Assembly: GCA_050011565.1 (NCBI GenBank)
Contig: JBEKIW010000005.1
Coordinates: 64,001-128,000 of the forward strand
DNA: 64,000 nt
DNA from: Dehalococcoidia bacterium
Lineage (GTDB): Bacteria > Chloroflexota > Dehalococcoidia > GIF9 > UBA5629
Direction: 5' to 3'
The notes below the pieces were generated by a model. The model saw nothing but the letters and a program-made list of their open reading frames with translations, made no database searches and was not told where the DNA came from. Made by a program: the position numbers and the translations under genes. Shown piece by piece: positions 21,302 through 32,012 of this stretch (positions are counted from its first letter, which is position 1; every line of letters starts with the position of its first letter).

Positions 21302-22729
21302 CTACGAAGGAACTATCATACGTCTGTCTGCCTTATCGCCGTTTCTAATCTCGTCATCCTGATAGTATTTATATATACCCCGTCCCTGCTCCTTGGCCAA
21401 GTACATGGCGGAGTCAGCATTCTTCAATAGGTGTTCAATTTCTATGCCATCATCGGGATAAACAGCAATGCCGATGCTGGTTGTGACCTGCAGCCGATGG
21501 CGGCCGAAAACAAATGGCTCTTGAAAGGCATTTAAGATTCTCTGAGCGAACTTGGTAACGTCATCTATGCAGGAGATTTGAGGAAGTACCAGAACAAACT
21601 CGTCGCCACCTATACGGGAGATAGTATCGCTGTTACGTATGATACTTGATAACCGCTGCCCGACAGCTTTCAACAGCTCGTCGCCGACGCTGTGCCCCAT
21701 GGCGTCGTTAACCGCCTTAAATCTGTCCAGGTCAAGCATTAGAGCTGCCACCCGGTGACCGTTTCGCCGTGCCAGAGCCGTCCCTACCATAAGCCGGTCA
21801 CTTAACAATATCCTGTTAGGCAGGCCGGTAAGCGAGTCATGAGTTGCCATCTCAGCAAGCTTTTCCTCAAACTGCTTGCGTTCTGTAATATCACGGCTGA
21901 CTGACCGGAACCCGATAATCTTTCCTTCCTTATTTCGCAACGGAGAAATTGAGTTTTCTAAAAATATGTGCGCCCCGTCTTTTCTTATACTGGCAAAAAG
22001 AAACGACTTCAACGCCTCGCCTGTACGATAAACTTTATTCCAAGCCCTATAAACATTCTTAACATCTACTTTGGGCACATAGACCTTATAATTCAATCCC
22101 ATTAGCTCTTCCCTTGAGTATCCTAACTGGCGGCAAGCCGAATCATTCACGAAGGTGAAGTTGCCCGCAAGGTCTACTTCATAGTAGCCTTCTTCTATTT
22201 CCTCCAGTATGGCACGGTACCTCGCCTCCGACCTCCTTAAAGCTTCCTCCATATGCAAACGTTCGGTAACATCACGACCAATGCCGCGGAATCCAACAAC
22301 TTCTCCTTTTTCATTTCTCAAGGGAAAGACCGAGCTTTCGGTAAATATTCGTTTTCCATCCTTTCTAATTTGTTCCATGAGAAACAGTTCGTTAGGATTA
22401 CCTGTCTGATGTACTTGCTTGTTAAGCTCAGACTGCTTCTTAACGTGCTCGGGCGGAGTGTAAACTCGATAATTCATCCCCATGAGCTCTTCTCTGGAAT
22501 AACCCAGCTGGCGGCACAAAGCATCGTTGAAAAAGGTGAAGTTGCCGTCAAGGTCCGTTTCATAGTAGGACTCCTTCATGTCCTCCATTATGATCCGATA
22601 TTTATCTTCTAACGTCAAAACAGTCTCTTCCAATCTCACTTTTTCGGTAGCCCCCGTAAAGCTTCCCATATCGATTCCTTCTCCTCTGTGACCAGTTAGT
22701 GACCTTGGATAATGCTCGATCGTCTCCAA
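21302..22729 (-). CDS. PAS-PAS diguanylate cyclase
   Basis: Two PAS/PAC repeats; HDSLTGLPNR, DLDRFK, SRIGGDEF and ADSAMY. Confidence 0.93.
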   Translation of the reverse strand: METIEHYPRSLTGHRGEGIDMGSFTGATEKVRLEETVLTLEDKYRIIMEDMKESYYETDLDGNFTFFNDALCRQLGYSREELMGMNYRVYTPPEHVKKQSELNKQVHQTGNPNELFLMEQIRKDGKRIFTESSVFPLRNEKGEVVGFRGIGRDVTERLHMEEALRRSEARYRAILEEIEEGYYEVDLAGNFTFVNDSACRQLGYSREELMGLNYKVYVPKVDVKNVYRAWNKVYRTGEALKSFLFASIRKDGAHIFLENSISPLRNKEGKIIGFRSVSRDITERKQFEEKLAEMATHDSLTGLPNRILLSDRLMVGTALARRNGHRVAALMLDLDRFKAVNDAMGHSVGDELLKAVGQRLSSIIRNSDTISRIGGDEFVLVLPQISCIDDVTKFAQRILNAFQEPFVFGRHRLQVTTSIGIAVYPDDGIEIEHLLKNADSAMYLAKEQGRGIYKYYQDDEIRNGDKADRRMIVPS

Positions 22730-22747
22730 TTTCCCTTCACTTTACAG

Positions 22748-23017
22748 TTATTCAGCTCCTGGAGGGTGCATTATGAAATTATGGTTTTCTATCCGGGCTA
22801 ATGTAAATATCTGTTCCGGTACAATGCACACGTAGTCCCCCGCTTCAGAGGACGGCAAGTTTACTTGCTGTAATCTTTCATTCTGTGCCAAGTAGACGTC
22901 CGGACTGGCGCAGCTTACCAGTGTTTGAGCCAACTGTGTTAACCGGTCTCTCCTGGATTTTTTACGTTCAACCATCTTTTGCATATAATTTTTACCCCCT
23001 TTATCAATTAGTCCCAT
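22748..23017 (-). CDS. Small hypothetical protein upstream of the diguanylate cyclase
   Basis: 89-aa ORF, co-oriented, 18-nt gap; no recognisable motif. Confidence 0.45.
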   Translation of the reverse strand: MGLIDKGGKNYMQKMVERKKSRRDRLTQLAQTLVSCASPDVYLAQNERLQQVNLPSSEAGDYVCIVPEQIFTLARIENHNFIMHPPGAE

Positions 23018-23147
23018 AGAGCTAATCTAAATATACTACCATCTGGCGCTGTAGTGAATAGCCCATAGGTAACTTTAGACATAGTGAAAAGGTACCCATA
23101 CTATTGGTTAAGCTTACGGGTTAAAAGGTAGGATATGTAGGCACTGG

Positions 23148-23942
23148 TTATTGCCCAAAATGCTGCAGAAATTCACGTTGAAGTCTGAGATTCGAAGCCA
23201 CAAGCTCCGCATCTTGAAAATTAGCCCGTCTGCCCTGCCAATCTACCACTTCGCCACCCGCCTCTCTAACTAGCAGCAGGCCACTGGCAATGTCCCAGGG
23301 AAAGAGATAACGGTGAAAGTAAAGGCTGACTCTGCCGCAGGCGACATAAGCTAAGCCGAGTGATGATGAACCCATTAGTCTGACACAATGCACCTGTCCC
23401 CAAATCCGGTTAACCGTATCGAGCATCTGCCTGCCCCGGTCATGGCTATAGCCAAGGTCGAGACCTACGAGGGACTCCTGGAGGGAACTTATTGTGGTTA
23501 CGCGAATCGGGGACTCATTAAGATAAGCCCCTTTTCCAGTCTCAACGTGAAAGAGCTCTACCCTCACCGGGTCATAGGTTACTCCCAACAGGATATCCTC
23601 ATCCCGAACCAGAGCGATGTTTACGCAGAAAAAGGGAATGCCGAAGGTATAATTGTTGGTGCCATCCAAAGGATCGACAACCCAGGTGTAATTGTCGATC
23701 GGGGTTGAGGAATGCGATTCTTCGGAGAGGATGCCGAAATCCGGATATTCCCTTTTTAAAAAATCTATTATGAACTTTTCAGACAGAATGTCAGCATCAG
23801 TAACGAGATTACCCTGGCTTTTACGTTTTACATGTTTTACAGAGCCGAAATGAGCCAGGAGAATTTCGCCAGCTTCTTTAGCCGCTGCGCTAGCTACTTC
23901 AAGGGCACTTTTGCCGCTCGTGGCAAGGGGCAAATTGGACAT
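23148..23942 (-). CDS. suhB: Inositol monophosphatase family protein
   Basis: LSEE, WVVDPLDGTNN and WDIASG motifs. Confidence 0.88.
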   Translation of the reverse strand: MSNLPLATSGKSALEVASAAAKEAGEILLAHFGSVKHVKRKSQGNLVTDADILSEKFIIDFLKREYPDFGILSEESHSSTPIDNYTWVVDPLDGTNNYTFGIPFFCVNIALVRDEDILLGVTYDPVRVELFHVETGKGAYLNESPIRVTTISSLQESLVGLDLGYSHDRGRQMLDTVNRIWGQVHCVRLMGSSSLGLAYVACGRVSLYFHRYLFPWDIASGLLLVREAGGEVVDWQGRRANFQDAELVASNLRLQREFLQHFGQ

Positions 23943-23951
23943 AGCGAAACT

Positions 23952-24938
23952 TCACACGTCCCGCGGAAGTAGCCCCATCTTTTCTTTTACTTCGGCTAAG
24001 GTCTTTTGGGCGATTACCTTGGCCCGCTTGGCTCCATCAGCCAGGACTTCGTTTACATATTCCGGCCTGGCAGCAAACGAGGCTCTTCTCTCTCTCAGAG
24101 GCGCCAGCGCTTTATTTATCCCCTCGGCAAGTAATCCCTTGCAGTCGACACAGCCTATGTCCGCCGAACGGCATCGACTGGTTATCTCGTCTACCTGTCC
24201 GGTATTAAAGAAGCGATGGAGACTGAATACGTTACACACCTCCGGATGGCCGACATCCGAACGATATTTTCGGGCAGGGTCGGTTACTGCCGTCATCACT
24301 AGCTTCTTTGTCTCCTCCGGAGTAGCCGCCAGCTCGATAACGTTATTGTAGCTCTTGCCCATCTTCTGAGCGCCGTTCAGCCCCAACACCATGGGAAAAG
24401 AGGTCAGCTTGGCCTGCGGTTCAGGAAAAGTATCCCCGAATAGAGAATTAAACCGCCGGGCTATTTCCCGCGCCAGCTCAAGATGCGGCAATTGGTCCTC
24501 CCCTACAGGAACCACTTCGGCCTTATATAGCACTATATCGGCAGTCATTAACACGGGGTAGCCCACAAGTCCGTAGTTGACATTTTGAGGCTGCATACGT
24601 GCCTTCTCTTTGAAAGTAGGTACACGCAATAACCAGCCTAACGGCGTAATCATGCCCAGTAGCGTATAAAGTTCCATCACCTCAGGAACGTGCGATTGAA
24701 CAAAGATAATGCTTTTCTTGGGGTCGAGACCGGCAGCCAGCCAGTCAAGCATCATCTCATGTATATCCTGCTGAAGTCTATTAGTGTTCTCTAAGGTCGT
24801 TAACGCATGGATATCAACTATGCAATAAATGCATTCATATTCATCTTGTAGAGCAACATAATTTTGAATGGCACCCAGATAATTGCCTATGTGCTGCCTG
24901 CCGGTGGGTCGGGCACCGGAAAAAACGCGCTTTTTCAT
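23952..24938 (-). CDS. trpS: Tryptophan--tRNA ligase
   Basis: PTGRQHIGN, YPVLMTADI, VPVGEDQ and KMGKS. Confidence 0.97.
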   Translation of the reverse strand: MKKRVFSGARPTGRQHIGNYLGAIQNYVALQDEYECIYCIVDIHALTTLENTNRLQQDIHEMMLDWLAAGLDPKKSIIFVQSHVPEVMELYTLLGMITPLGWLLRVPTFKEKARMQPQNVNYGLVGYPVLMTADIVLYKAEVVPVGEDQLPHLELAREIARRFNSLFGDTFPEPQAKLTSFPMVLGLNGAQKMGKSYNNVIELAATPEETKKLVMTAVTDPARKYRSDVGHPEVCNVFSLHRFFNTGQVDEITSRCRSADIGCVDCKGLLAEGINKALAPLRERRASFAARPEYVNEVLADGAKRAKVIAQKTLAEVKEKMGLLPRDV

Positions 24939-25000
24939 GATTCGTGCCAGTTTAGCATAAAGCGTATTCAGCTACAAACTGAGGTTTGAGGATGTTTAAC

Positions 25001-25087
25001 CGTCGTCGCGAGAAGCCCTTCCGCGGGAGGGCAACATGGCAATGCCAGTCAAATACCAAAGCGGATTTGCATTACACCAGAATGACA
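25001..25087. repeat. Degenerate pair of REP-like elements in inverted orientation
   Basis: cgtcgtcgcgag..cccttccgcgggaggg..ggcaatgc then ..ccagaatgaca; related to 41280, 46371 and 63058. Confidence 0.5.
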
Positions 25088-25098
25088 AACGGGGGTGG

Positions 25099-26760
25099 CT
25101 ACATGCTTTCAGGGGCTGTCATACCCATAAGATGAAGCGTTCTGGCCAGGACAATCTGCGCTGCCTTGACCAACTTAAGTCGAGCTTGGGTCAGCTCCTG
25201 GTTTTTTGAAACAACCCGACATTGTTTGTAAAAGCTGTGGAAAACGGTGGCTAAATCTTGAGCATAGTAAGGCAAATGATGCGGCTCCAGTGTATCGGAA
25301 ATTAGCTCTGCTATTTCCGGCAGCCTGGTCATTCGACGTATCAAAGTTAATTCCGGCTCGGTGGCAAGTAAGGAGACATCGCCTCGACTGTAATCGATTC
25401 CCCTTTCTTCAGCCAGACAAAGGATGCTGGAAATGCGAGCGTGAGCATATTGAACGTAATAAACCGGATTATCCGCCGATTGCTTCTTGGCTAGCTCCAA
25501 ATCAAAATCCATCTGGGCATCGGCGGAACGAGATAGGAAGACAAAGCGACAGGCATCAGGACCAACCTCGTCTATTACCTCCCGCAGGGTGATCATGTCA
25601 CCGCTGCGCTTTGAGACTCTGACTACCTGCTGCCCGCGGCGGAGTGTGACTAATTGACAGATTATGACCTTCAGCCGTTTGGGGTTTATTCCCAGAGCAT
25701 TGACCACAGCCATCATGCGGGAAACATGCCCCTGATGGTCCGCTCCCCAGATATCGATCACGCTTTCGAACTTTCGCTCCAGGAATTTATTGAAATGATA
25801 GGCGATATCTGAAGCGAAATATGTGGGAGAGCCATCACTGCGTATCAAGACATTATCTTTGTCTTCACCCAGTGCCGAAGATATAAACCAGGTGGCATTT
25901 TCCTTCTCCGCTACATAACCGCCTTTTGTCAACATCTTCATAACCTTTTCATATTGGCCATTTTTGTACAGGCTCTGTTCACTGAACCAGACATCAAACT
26001 CCACATCCAGCAATTCGAGGTCTTTTTTAATCATGTCCATTATCCTGGTAACCCCGAGCATTCCCAGTTCCCGAATAGCTGCGTCTGCAGGCATTGTCGA
26101 AAGGCGTTTGCCTTCCTTCTTTATTATCTCTTTGGCCAGGTCGACCATGTAGTTTCCCAGGTAGCCGTCGCTCGGCATGTCAACATCGATACCCAGACAT
26201 TGTTGGTATCGCGCGTAAAGAGACCGTTTAAAGGCATCTAACTGGCTGCCGGCATCATTGATATAGTATTCCTTCTCTACCGCGTACCCGGCGGCGCTGA
26301 GCACATTAGCCAGGGTACTTCCCAGAACAGCGCCGCGCCCGTGTCCGACATGTAGCGGCCCGGTGGGGTTTACACTTACAAACTCAATCTGAACTGGCTT
26401 TCCCGCACCCAGGTCTATATTTCCGTAAGAATCGCCGGCATCCAGAATAGCGGCTACCTGTTCCGTAAGCCAACCGGTACTGAGACTAAAATTGATAAAG
26501 CCCGGGGAAGCAACGACTATTTTGGAGACTTCAGGCAAAGGAGGCATAAATTCTATGATTTTCTCGGCGATTGCCGGAGGAGCTTTCTCCGTCGTTCTTG
26601 CCAGCTTGAGCGGCAGACTGGAAGCATAGTCGCCATGCTCAGGATTCTGCGGGCGTTCTACCACGATCTCAGGTAAAGCTGTGGCAGCCAGGACTCCTTC
26701 TTGTTGAGCCGCTCTTGCAGCCTGCTCCAGGACCTTAGCCAGTTTGTGTTTGATAAACAT
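25099..26760 (-). CDS. argS: Arginine--tRNA ligase
   Basis: [37 protein letters not shown] and APESM. Confidence 0.98.
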   Translation of the reverse strand: MFIKHKLAKVLEQAARAAQQEGVLAATALPEIVVERPQNPEHGDYASSLPLKLARTTEKAPPAIAEKIIEFMPPLPEVSKIVVASPGFINFSLSTGWLTEQVAAILDAGDSYGNIDLGAGKPVQIEFVSVNPTGPLHVGHGRGAVLGSTLANVLSAAGYAVEKEYYINDAGSQLDAFKRSLYARYQQCLGIDVDMPSDGYLGNYMVDLAKEIIKKEGKRLSTMPADAAIRELGMLGVTRIMDMIKKDLELLDVEFDVWFSEQSLYKNGQYEKVMKMLTKGGYVAEKENATWFISSALGEDKDNVLIRSDGSPTYFASDIAYHFNKFLERKFESVIDIWGADHQGHVSRMMAVVNALGINPKRLKVIICQLVTLRRGQQVVRVSKRSGDMITLREVIDEVGPDACRFVFLSRSADAQMDFDLELAKKQSADNPVYYVQYAHARISSILCLAEERGIDYSRGDVSLLATEPELTLIRRMTRLPEIAELISDTLEPHHLPYYAQDLATVFHSFYKQCRVVSKNQELTQARLKLVKAAQIVLARTLHLMGMTAPESM

Positions 26761-26783
26761 TAATCCTCTGAATAATAGACGCT

Positions 26784-26811
26784 GAGATTATTCGCCGTGC
26801 TCTGAGTGACA
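26784..26811 (-). repeat. REP-like element copy
   Basis: Reverse complement tgtcactcagagcacggcgaataatctc matches the TGTCA...AATCTC family. Confidence 0.6.
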
Positions 26812-26866
26812 AAATGGGATTAGCGAATACCCCTATATAATAGAACTACTATACATAACTTGCAAA

Positions 26867-29338
26867 TCAGCTCAATTCACCGCCCGTTTGCCAAACTCTG
26901 GACAGCTCCTGAGCTAACAGTTTATGTTCCGGCATAGTGAGGCCCGAATCCTTCTGGAAAAGAGCGATGGCCTCATTTCGAGCTAATTCCAGAAGTGGCG
27001 TGTCAGATAGTCTGGCCATGCGGAGGTCAGGCAAACCGCTCTGTCGAGTGCCGAAGAATTCACCCGGCCCTCTTAGCTCTAAATCTTTCTCGGCTAAAAC
27101 AAAACCATCTTGAATTCCCTCTATAGCCTGTAATCTCTCGCTGCCCTCGGGCGACGGCTTCTCTGCCAGAAGCAAGCAGTAACTTTGCTTCTCACCCCGC
27201 CCTACTCGACCGCGAAATTGATGCAACTGCGATAGGCCAAAACGGTCGGCAGCCTCTATCAGCATAACACTAGCATTAGGAACATCGATGCCGACCTCTA
27301 CTACAGGCGTGGATACAAGAATATCGAGCTTTCCGTCCCTGAAGCTCTTCATCGCTTTATCCTTCTCAGCGATTGCCATCCGGCCGTGTAGTAAGCCGAG
27401 TTTCAAGTCAGGGAAAACTTCCTGCGACAACCGTTCATATTCGGCCACCGCCGCTTTAGCTTCGATGCTTTCTGATTCTTCGATTAAAGGACAGATTATG
27501 AATGCCTGCGCGCCGGCGGTAATTTCCCGGCGGAGAAAATCATAAGCTCTGGCTCTCTGCTCCGGTTTAAGCCATTTTGTTTTTATCTCTTTCCGACCAG
27601 GAGGTAATTCATCTATGACCGAAAGGTCTAAATCGCCGTAAAGCGTCAAGGCCAATGTCCGCGGAATAGGTGTAGCCGACATCACCAGTATGTGGGGATT
27701 AAATCCTTTCTGGCGTAAAGCTAAGCGCTGCAAAACACCAAAGCGATGCTGCTCATCTATCACTACCAGCCCCAGCCTGGAAAACTCCACGGCCCTTTGA
27801 ATTAGAGCGTGCGTGCCGATGACGATATCCACCTTGCCTGATTCAATTTCCTCATGTAAAGCTGATTTTTGCTTTTCGCTCAGACTTCCCGTTAATAGGG
27901 CAAAAGTGATTGGATGCAAAAAGAGTCCGTAGTAGCGACAAAGGTTATCTTGTTCTTCCTTCCGTTCGCTCACCTTGGATAGAAGTTGGCACATGCTGCG
28001 GAAGTGCTGCTCAGCTAGTATCTCGGTTGGCGCCATTAACGCTCCCTGGTAACCGTTATCGGCTGCCGCCAACAAAGCGGTTACAGCCACTACAGTTTTG
28101 CCGCTGCCCACTTCACCCTGGAGAAGACGTGACATAGGCCGCGTTTCTTGCAGGTCGCCGAGGATTTGTTGCAGCACCCGCTGCTGCGCACCGGTCAAAG
28201 TAAACGGCAGGGAACGCAGAAACTTGTCGATGTTCTCTCCGATTGCCTTAAAGGCGTTTCCGGGTTGACTTTCCTGCCAGTCCCGCTTCTTGCCGAGCAC
28301 ACCCAATTGAATAAGGAAAAGCTCATCGAAAGCCAGACGCCTCCTGGCTTCAGCCTTTAGCGAATAGCTATCCGGATAATGAGTCTGGATAATCGCTTCC
28401 GGCAAATCTATCAGTTTGAACCTGCTTTTCGTCTCCTGTGGCAGAAAATCTGTCATCTGACATACCCAATTATCGAGGGCTCTCTTCACCATATTTCTGA
28501 CCTGTCGGGGATACAGGCCCCGTGTTAAGGGGTAGACGGGAACCAAACGACCGGTATGAATTAGCTCCTTGTCCTCAACCAACTCCCATTCCGGCGATTC
28601 TAATACTTTATTTCCCTTGAATTCCGATACCCTGCCGCTGAGGACTACTTGAGCGTTGGTGCGAAAATTCTTAGCCAGGTACGGCTGATTAAACCAGACC
28701 GCCCTCATATTTCCGGTCTCATCGCCAACAATGACTTCAGTGCCCTGTTGAGGTCCCAGCCTGGCCATTCGAGCTTCCCATACCGTAGCCAAAATAGTTT
28801 GTTCCTCACCCACCACAAGCTCGGCAATGGTTTTCCTCTGACTGTAATCAAGATGGCGCCTGGGGAAAAAGTAAAGTAAGTCACGAATTGTCTGAACTCC
28901 AAGCTTGGCCAGCTTGCCGGCTGAACTGGCGGCAATGCCTTTCACAGTAGTTACCGGCGAGTCTAAAACTTTGTCTCCACGCGAGGAACAGACCGCAGAA
29001 CCGGTAGTTTTACGGTTGACCGCTGTGGCGCGAGCCCGACTCTTTTTCGCCGGCACCGTTTCGACCAATGTCTCCACTCGAGCCAGCCAATCTATAACAT
29101 CTTTGACCCACGCTTTACGCTTATCCAGGTCCCAACCGGCATAATCAGAATCAGCCAGGCAAAGTTCGGTGAAACGGGATAAAGGCTCAGGCGAGTTTAT
29201 CCTGTTTCTGGTTTCACTCGCCCATTTACGGAGATACTTGTCAAGTCCACCCAGCACCGTAGTGTTGGCATAATTTCTCTGGCCTTCCATCTGGAGAATG
29301 GTTCGAAGAGGCTCGACATTAATGAGGGGAATTGTCAC
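26867..29338 (-). CDS. recG: ATP-dependent DNA helicase RecG
   Basis: RLAFDELF, GEVGSGKT, DEQHRFG, SATPIPRT, QFRGRVGRG and DLELRGPGE. Confidence 0.97.
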   Translation of the reverse strand: MTIPLINVEPLRTILQMEGQRNYANTTVLGGLDKYLRKWASETRNRINSPEPLSRFTELCLADSDYAGWDLDKRKAWVKDVIDWLARVETLVETVPAKKSRARATAVNRKTTGSAVCSSRGDKVLDSPVTTVKGIAASSAGKLAKLGVQTIRDLLYFFPRRHLDYSQRKTIAELVVGEEQTILATVWEARMARLGPQQGTEVIVGDETGNMRAVWFNQPYLAKNFRTNAQVVLSGRVSEFKGNKVLESPEWELVEDKELIHTGRLVPVYPLTRGLYPRQVRNMVKRALDNWVCQMTDFLPQETKSRFKLIDLPEAIIQTHYPDSYSLKAEARRRLAFDELFLIQLGVLGKKRDWQESQPGNAFKAIGENIDKFLRSLPFTLTGAQQRVLQQILGDLQETRPMSRLLQGEVGSGKTVVAVTALLAAADNGYQGALMAPTEILAEQHFRSMCQLLSKVSERKEEQDNLCRYYGLFLHPITFALLTGSLSEKQKSALHEEIESGKVDIVIGTHALIQRAVEFSRLGLVVIDEQHRFGVLQRLALRQKGFNPHILVMSATPIPRTLALTLYGDLDLSVIDELPPGRKEIKTKWLKPEQRARAYDFLRREITAGAQAFIICPLIEESESIEAKAAVAEYERLSQEVFPDLKLGLLHGRMAIAEKDKAMKSFRDGKLDILVSTPVVEVGIDVPNASVMLIEAADRFGLSQLHQFRGRVGRGEKQSYCLLLAEKPSPEGSERLQAIEGIQDGFVLAEKDLELRGPGEFFGTRQSGLPDLRMARLSDTPLLELARNEAIALFQKDSGLTMPEHKLLAQELSRVWQTGGELS

Positions 29339-29436
29339 TGACCTTAACCTTTTCTAATTGCCGGCAGAAAAAAGACTGGTACTGTTTTAATTCTCAATGC
29401 CGGTAAAAATTGCTCTGGAGAAAAACCTACAAAACA

Positions 29437-31074
29437 TCACTCCAGAGAAACTACATAGAGGTAATTTGGTTGTCCACCGGAAACCATTTCAACTTGCTTG
29501 TCACCATACTTATTGCGTATTTCGTTAACCACCCGCTCCGCCTGAGGTGCTTCGATATCCGCTCCATAGTACACAGTCACCACTTCTGCTGAACCAATGC
29601 CCGCTTTACCGAGGGCTTCGAAAAGAACCTCGTCCAGGTTATTATCGGCAGCTACCAAATTTTCGTCGTCAACGATAGCTATAATCTGTCCCTTCTTTAT
29701 CTTCAACCCATGTAATTGGGTGCTACGTGCTGCCTCGGTAATTTCCACAGTTTTTACCCCGCTGATAGCCTCATTCATGGCCTGAACGTTTTCTTCCATT
29801 CCGCCCTCATAATTAAAAGCTATTAGAGCAGCTATCCCTTGAGGCATAGTCTTCGTTGGTATTACCGCTACTTCTTTGTTTGTGAGCTCATGGACTTGGG
29901 ATGCAGCCAGAATGATATTCTTGTTATTAGGCAGAAGAATCACTTTCTGCGACGGCACCGATTCCACCGCCCGAAGTATCTCCTGAACACTCGGATTCAT
30001 TGTCTGTCCGCCTGAAACTATGACGGCGGCTCCTAAACTCCGGAACACCTCTTTCATACCGCTTCCCATGGCGACAGCTACCACGCCTATATCCAAACTC
30101 GGCAACCTGTCTTTCTGCATCTCGATAAAGCCAACATGCTGGTCATCCATATTCTGAACCTGTAACTGATGTAAAGTGCCTAAGGAAGTAGCAAACCTTA
30201 TAATACCCCCAGGGTCATAAGTATGGATATGAACCCTGATAGTAGCCTCATCACCAACGACGACAATAGATTGACCTTTGTTTTCCAGCTTCTTTCTTAT
30301 CTTGTCAGGGTCGAGTTTATTGCCCTGGAGCAAAAAGTTGGTGCAATATCCGTATGGTTCCTCTTTTTCAGTCGACAGCGGAGTCACCTTCGCACCGACA
30401 GGCATCTCGGCTGCAACCATTTGCGGTCGCCGGTATCTCATTTCCTCAGCGTTCCCTTCTAAGTAACGAAGCACACCCTCCAGCAACACATATATACCCT
30501 GCCCGCCGGCATCTACAACGCCAGCTTCACGCAACACATCCAGCAAAAGGGGGGTCCTGGCTACCGAATTCCTGGCTTCATTAACCGCAGCCTCCGCCAC
30601 TTTAGTTAAGTTATCCGGGTCGGTCCGTGCCGCTTCTTCAGCAGCTTTGGAGGCGTCCTTGACGACTGTCAACATAGTTCCTTCTACCGGCTGTGACAGC
30701 CCTTTATAAGCCGCGCGCGCAGCTTCCCCCAAGGCTATGGCTAAATCGCTTCCGGTAATCGACTCTTTCTCGTCAAGTCCCTTGGCCAGTCCACGAAAGA
30801 ACTGAGATAGAATCACGCCCGAATTTCCCCGGGCGCCCATCAGAGCACCTTGAGCCATTGCCTTGGCTACGGCCGAGACACTGTGGTCTAAGACTCTATC
30901 AGCTTCTTCCATGACCGACCGCATAGTTAGGAACATGTTAGTCCCGGTATCACCATCAGGCACGGGAAAAACGTTTATGGCATTAATATCCGGAACGGTT
31001 TTCTCCAACCAGCTGCTGCCGGCGGCAAACATATCTTTGAACTCTTGACCGCCACAGGAAAGAACTTGCTTCAT
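29437..31074 (-). CDS. DAK2 domain protein (fatty acid kinase FakA/YloV family)
   Basis: NVFPVPDGDTGTNM, GARGNSG, VVDAGG and GGQTMNPS; context next to rpmB and recG. Confidence 0.92.
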   Translation of the reverse strand: MKQVLSCGGQEFKDMFAAGSSWLEKTVPDINAINVFPVPDGDTGTNMFLTMRSVMEEADRVLDHSVSAVAKAMAQGALMGARGNSGVILSQFFRGLAKGLDEKESITGSDLAIALGEAARAAYKGLSQPVEGTMLTVVKDASKAAEEAARTDPDNLTKVAEAAVNEARNSVARTPLLLDVLREAGVVDAGGQGIYVLLEGVLRYLEGNAEEMRYRRPQMVAAEMPVGAKVTPLSTEKEEPYGYCTNFLLQGNKLDPDKIRKKLENKGQSIVVVGDEATIRVHIHTYDPGGIIRFATSLGTLHQLQVQNMDDQHVGFIEMQKDRLPSLDIGVVAVAMGSGMKEVFRSLGAAVIVSGGQTMNPSVQEILRAVESVPSQKVILLPNNKNIILAASQVHELTNKEVAVIPTKTMPQGIAALIAFNYEGGMEENVQAMNEAISGVKTVEITEAARSTQLHGLKIKKGQIIAIVDDENLVAADNNLDEVLFEALGKAGIGSAEVVTVYYGADIEAPQAERVVNEIRNKYGDKQVEMVSGGQPNYLYVVSLE

Positions 31075-31157
31075 CCGTCTCCTTTTTACAATCCCGCAAT
31101 TGTGGTATAATTTTACTCCTGTTGTCAAGACCGACTTAGGGAAAAGGAGTTAGCGAT

Positions 31158-31346
31158 TTGGCTACAAAATGCGATATCTGTGGCAAAACGGCACACTTCG
31201 GCCATAGGGTAAGCCATTCGAAGCAGCATACCAGGCGGCGCTGGTTGCCTAATATCCAGCGGGCCACGATTCTTCTTGATGGGAAACCAAAACAACTTAA
31301 TTTGTGTACCCAATGCCTGCGCACTCAACATAAGTTAGCCCATTAG
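31158..31346 (+). CDS. rpmB: 50S ribosomal protein L28
   Basis: CDICGK...GHRVSHS...TRRRWLPNIQ...CTQCLR; TTG start after AAGGAG. Confidence 0.95.
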   Translation: MATKCDICGKTAHFGHRVSHSKQHTRRRWLPNIQRATILLDGKPKQLNLCTQCLRTQHKLAH

Positions 31347-32012
31347 ACTAAGCGCTCTCCTCATCTCTTGCAGAGCCTTAGCAGCCCCTAGCTTAGAGCT
31401 AAAAATCGCGGCTCCGGCAACCAAAACCTCGGCTCCCGCTTTGGCTACTTCCGGTGCTAAAAGCGCCGTAATACCACCGTCCACTTCAAGCTCGGCATGC
31501 GCCTGCCTTTCATCTAATATCCGGCGTAACCGGACTATCTTGTCCTTCATACTATCTATAAAAGCCTGACCGCCGAAGCCAGGATTGACAGTCATAACCA
31601 GTACCAGGTCAAGCAGAGGCAATACTTCATCTAACGAACTTAGATGGGTCGCTGGATTAAGCGCCACTCCAGCTCTGACTCCTAAATCTTTTATTGACTC
31701 GACCAGGCGATGCAAATGTGTAGCAGCTTCAACATGTACGGTGATAATGCTGGCTCCGGCTTCAGCGAACTGACGGATATGAGCCTCAGGCTGCTCAATC
31801 ATCAAATGTACGTCCAGCGGCAAATTGGTCCGGGAACGAAGCGACGCTACCACGGGAGCACCGATTGTAATGTTGGGCACAAAATGCCCATCCATGACAT
31901 CAACGTGAATGTAGTCAGCTCCGGCTTTAGCTACTTCATTGACTTGTTCACCCAGACGGCTGAAATCAGCGGAAAGTATAGACGGCGCCAGCTTAATTCG
32001 CCTATTTTGCAT
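31335..32012 (-). CDS. rpe: Ribulose-phosphate 3-epimerase
   Basis: APSILSADF, HVDVMDGHFVPN, MTVNPGFGGQ and EVDGG. Confidence 0.97.
   Translation of the reverse strand: MQNRRIKLAPSILSADFSRLGEQVNEVAKAGADYIHVDVMDGHFVPNITIGAPVVASLRSRTNLPLDVHLMIEQPEAHIRQFAEAGASIITVHVEAATHLHRLVESIKDLGVRAGVALNPATHLSSLDEVLPLLDLVLVMTVNPGFGGQAFIDSMKDKIVRLRRILDERQAHAELEVDGGITALLAPEVAKAGAEVLVAGAAIFSSKLGAAKALQEMRRALSLMG

Noticed and set aside
23018-23147. c-di-GMP riboswitch or regulator sites upstream of the cyclase locus
   Set aside because: No GEMM-type GGCAAA/GAAA/CGCAAAG pattern; the short CCCATA/AGGTA repeats are too weak to call.
24939-25098. T-box riboswitch upstream of trpS (and of argS)
   Set aside because: No T-box consensus or specifier stem; the structure is explained by REP-like copies.
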